A stretch of DNA of 64,000 nt from an uncultured Nitrospiraceae bacterium (GTDB taxonomy: Bacteria > Nitrospirota > Thermodesulfovibrionia > Thermodesulfovibrionales > UBA6898), in assembly GCA_963811165.1 (NCBI GenBank), contig CAWEQH010000008.1, positions 448,001 to 512,000 on the forward strand. Direction: 5' to 3'. The notes under the pieces are model-generated. The model was not told the origin of the DNA and ran no database searches. It worked only from the letters and a program-made list of their open reading frames with translations. This document shows, piece by piece, positions 61,860-64,000 of this stretch. Positions within the stretch are counted from its first letter, which is position 1. The number at the start of each line of letters is the position of its first letter. The position numbers and the translations under genes were made by a program.

Positions 61860-64000
61860 TCCCCCCGGTCCGGAAGCAATGTCACGCGTCTGGGCAATCG
61901 CATATTTTTTCTCCTTTTTTCCAGCCAAAGCCTGAACCTGTCAAGGTAAAGGTATACCACCGGGGTCGTGTAGAGAGTGAGCATCTGGCTGAAGATCAGG
62001 CCCCCCACAATAGCAATACCGAGCGGACGCCGAAGCTCTCCCCCTACGCCAAATCCTATAGCAAGAGGCACAGCCCCAAGCAGGGCCGACATAGTCGTCA
62101 TCATGATCGGCCGAAATCTCAACAGGCAGGCCTGATAGATCGCGTCAACAGAACTTTTACCTTCCCTGCGTTCGGCATCAAGCGCGAAGTCGACCATCAG
62201 GATGCCGTTCTTTTTCACGATGCCGATGAGGAGAATAATTCCGATCATCGCGATAACGCTCAGCTCCGTGCGCGTAATCAAAAGCGCGAGGATCGCGCCG
62301 ACGCCGGCCGACGGCAGCGTTGACAATATAGTAACAGGATGAATGTAGCTTTCATATAATACGCCAAGAACGATATAGACCGAGAGCAGAGCCGCCAGAA
62401 TCAACAGTGGTTCACTTGCCAGAGAAGATTGAAACACCTGGGCCGTGCCTGAGAAACTGCCCCTGATACCTGAGGGCAGACCCATCTGCCGGGTGGCCGT
62501 TGCGATCTTATTCACCGCATCACCCAGCGCCGCTCCCGGCGCCAGATTGAACGACAAGGTCACCGATGGGAACTGTCCCTGATGGCTGACCGCAAGTGCG
62601 GTGGCAGTCGGCTCATAACGGGTAAATGCGCTCAACGGGACCAGCGTTCCGCTTGAAGAATGTACGTAAATATCCCGCAGAGATTCGGGACGCTGCAGGA
62701 ACCGGGGCTCTACCTCCATGACCACATGGTACTGGTTTAACAATGTGTACATGATCGAGACCTGCCGCTGACCAAAGGCGCTGTAGAGGTTATCGTCTAT
62801 CATCTGGGAGGTTATGCCAAGCCGTGACGCAGTAGCTCCTGTCGACAACTACCGTCGATTGCATCCCCTTGTCCTGTTGATCGCTGTTGACATCGACTAC
62901 CCCCGGCACCTTGCGCAATTGCTGCTCCACCTGCGGCGCCCACGTCATCAACTCTTTCAGGTGGTCTCCCTGAAGCGTAAACTGATATTGTGCGGCGCTT
63001 ATCCTGCCCCCAACGCGCACATCCTGCACAGCCTGCAAAAAGGCCGGAGCGCCCGGGACACTTACGAGCTTCTTGCGAAGTCGCGCGATCACCTGGTCCG
63101 CGCTGAGCTTCCGTTCTTCCAGCGGCTTGAGCGCGATAAACATCCTGGCCGTGTTCCTTGTTGCGCCTCCTGCCTCCGCCGGTAAATGCGATCACGTTAT
63201 CCACCGCAGGATCGTCCTTGATAATGTCCACAATAGCGACCAGTTTTCCCTTCATCGCCTGAAACGATATGTCCTGAGCGGCCTGAATTGACCCTGTCAG
63301 ACGGCCGGTGTCCTGCTGGGGGAAAAATCCCTTCGGCACAACAATAAACAGAACAATGCTGGTCACAAGGGTTATCAATGTCAGTGTAAGCATGAATCGG
63401 GGATGGCGCAGTGCCCATGACAGAGTTTTTTCATAACGGCTGTGCATCCAGTCGAAAAACAGCCCGCTTGCCTTATACAGCCTGCCGTGGGAACTGGCTG
63501 TCTCCGGCTTCAGGAAGCAACGCGCACATCATGGGAGTTGTGGTGAGGGATACCACGAGCGAAACCAGGATTGCGGCTGAAAGCGTTACCGCAAACTCCC
63601 GAAACAGTCGTCCCAGCATCCCGCCCATTAACAATATGGGAATGAACACCGCTACGAGCGAAATGCTGATTGAGAGCACTGTGAAGCCGATCTCCCGTGC
63701 GCCCAGGAAGGCGGCCTGCCGGGCCGGGACCCCGTTTTCGAGGTGCCGGGTGATATTTTCAAGGACAACAATGGCGTCATCGACTACAAAGCCCGTTGCA
63801 ATGGTCAGCGCCATAAGAGACAGATTATCAAGGCTGTAACCAAATAGGTACATGATCCCAAAGGTGCTGATAAGCGATACCGGGACTGCAACAGCAGGGA
63901 TAAGCGTGGCCCGTATATTTCTGAGAAAGGCAAAGACCACCATAATCACGAGTATACAGGCGACAACGAGAGTAAATTCCACATGTTTCAGCGAGGCACG
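61860..64000 (-). CDS. mdtC: RND efflux transporter permease, MdtB/MdtC-like (3' part, frameshifted; continues beyond the window)
   Basis: [60 protein letters not shown]; exact stop obscured by a frameshift. Confidence 0.85.

Noticed and set aside
61685..61860. RND permease fused to the outer-membrane factor
   Set aside because: The run-on C-terminus lies in an error-rich zone and overlaps the lipoprotein signal region; a frameshift artefact is likely.

Overview
Bacterial chromosomal segment. Gene content and order suggest an anaerobic Nitrospirota/Deltaproteobacteria-like organism (inference only). It is mostly housekeeping: dinG, cobA-hemD, plsC, a PAP2-GT39/GT2/flippase envelope-glycosylation cluster, bioA, a sigma54-type type IV pilus minor-pilin operon (pilY1-fimT-pilV-pilW-pilX), dnaE-accA, uvrC, ftsEX-envC-ctpA, a selenocysteine-containing selD, glk-lepA-lepB-rib-nusB, radC with an MNT-HEPN toxin-antitoxin pair, purB-purL, rnfCDGEAB, a secreted beta-carbonic anhydrase, a lexA-RAYT-dinB cassette and a partial RND efflux operon. 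Many genes, including essential dnaE and accA, carry single-base frameshifts that look like sequencing or assembly errors rather than real pseudogenes. The most interesting signal is a REP-associated HUH tyrosine transposase (RAYT) inside an apparent SOS-controlled lexA-dinB unit. That unit has a perfect sigma70 promoter with an 18-bp palindromic GAAC-N4-GTTC operator. Alongside it, several families of short palindromic or heptameric repeats sit in frame inside intact enzymes (HemD, GT39, BioA, PurL and the RAYT itself) and supply gene stops or starts. Other signals are a recurrent leaderless promoter layout and a long structured non-coding element at 56.7-57.0 kb.
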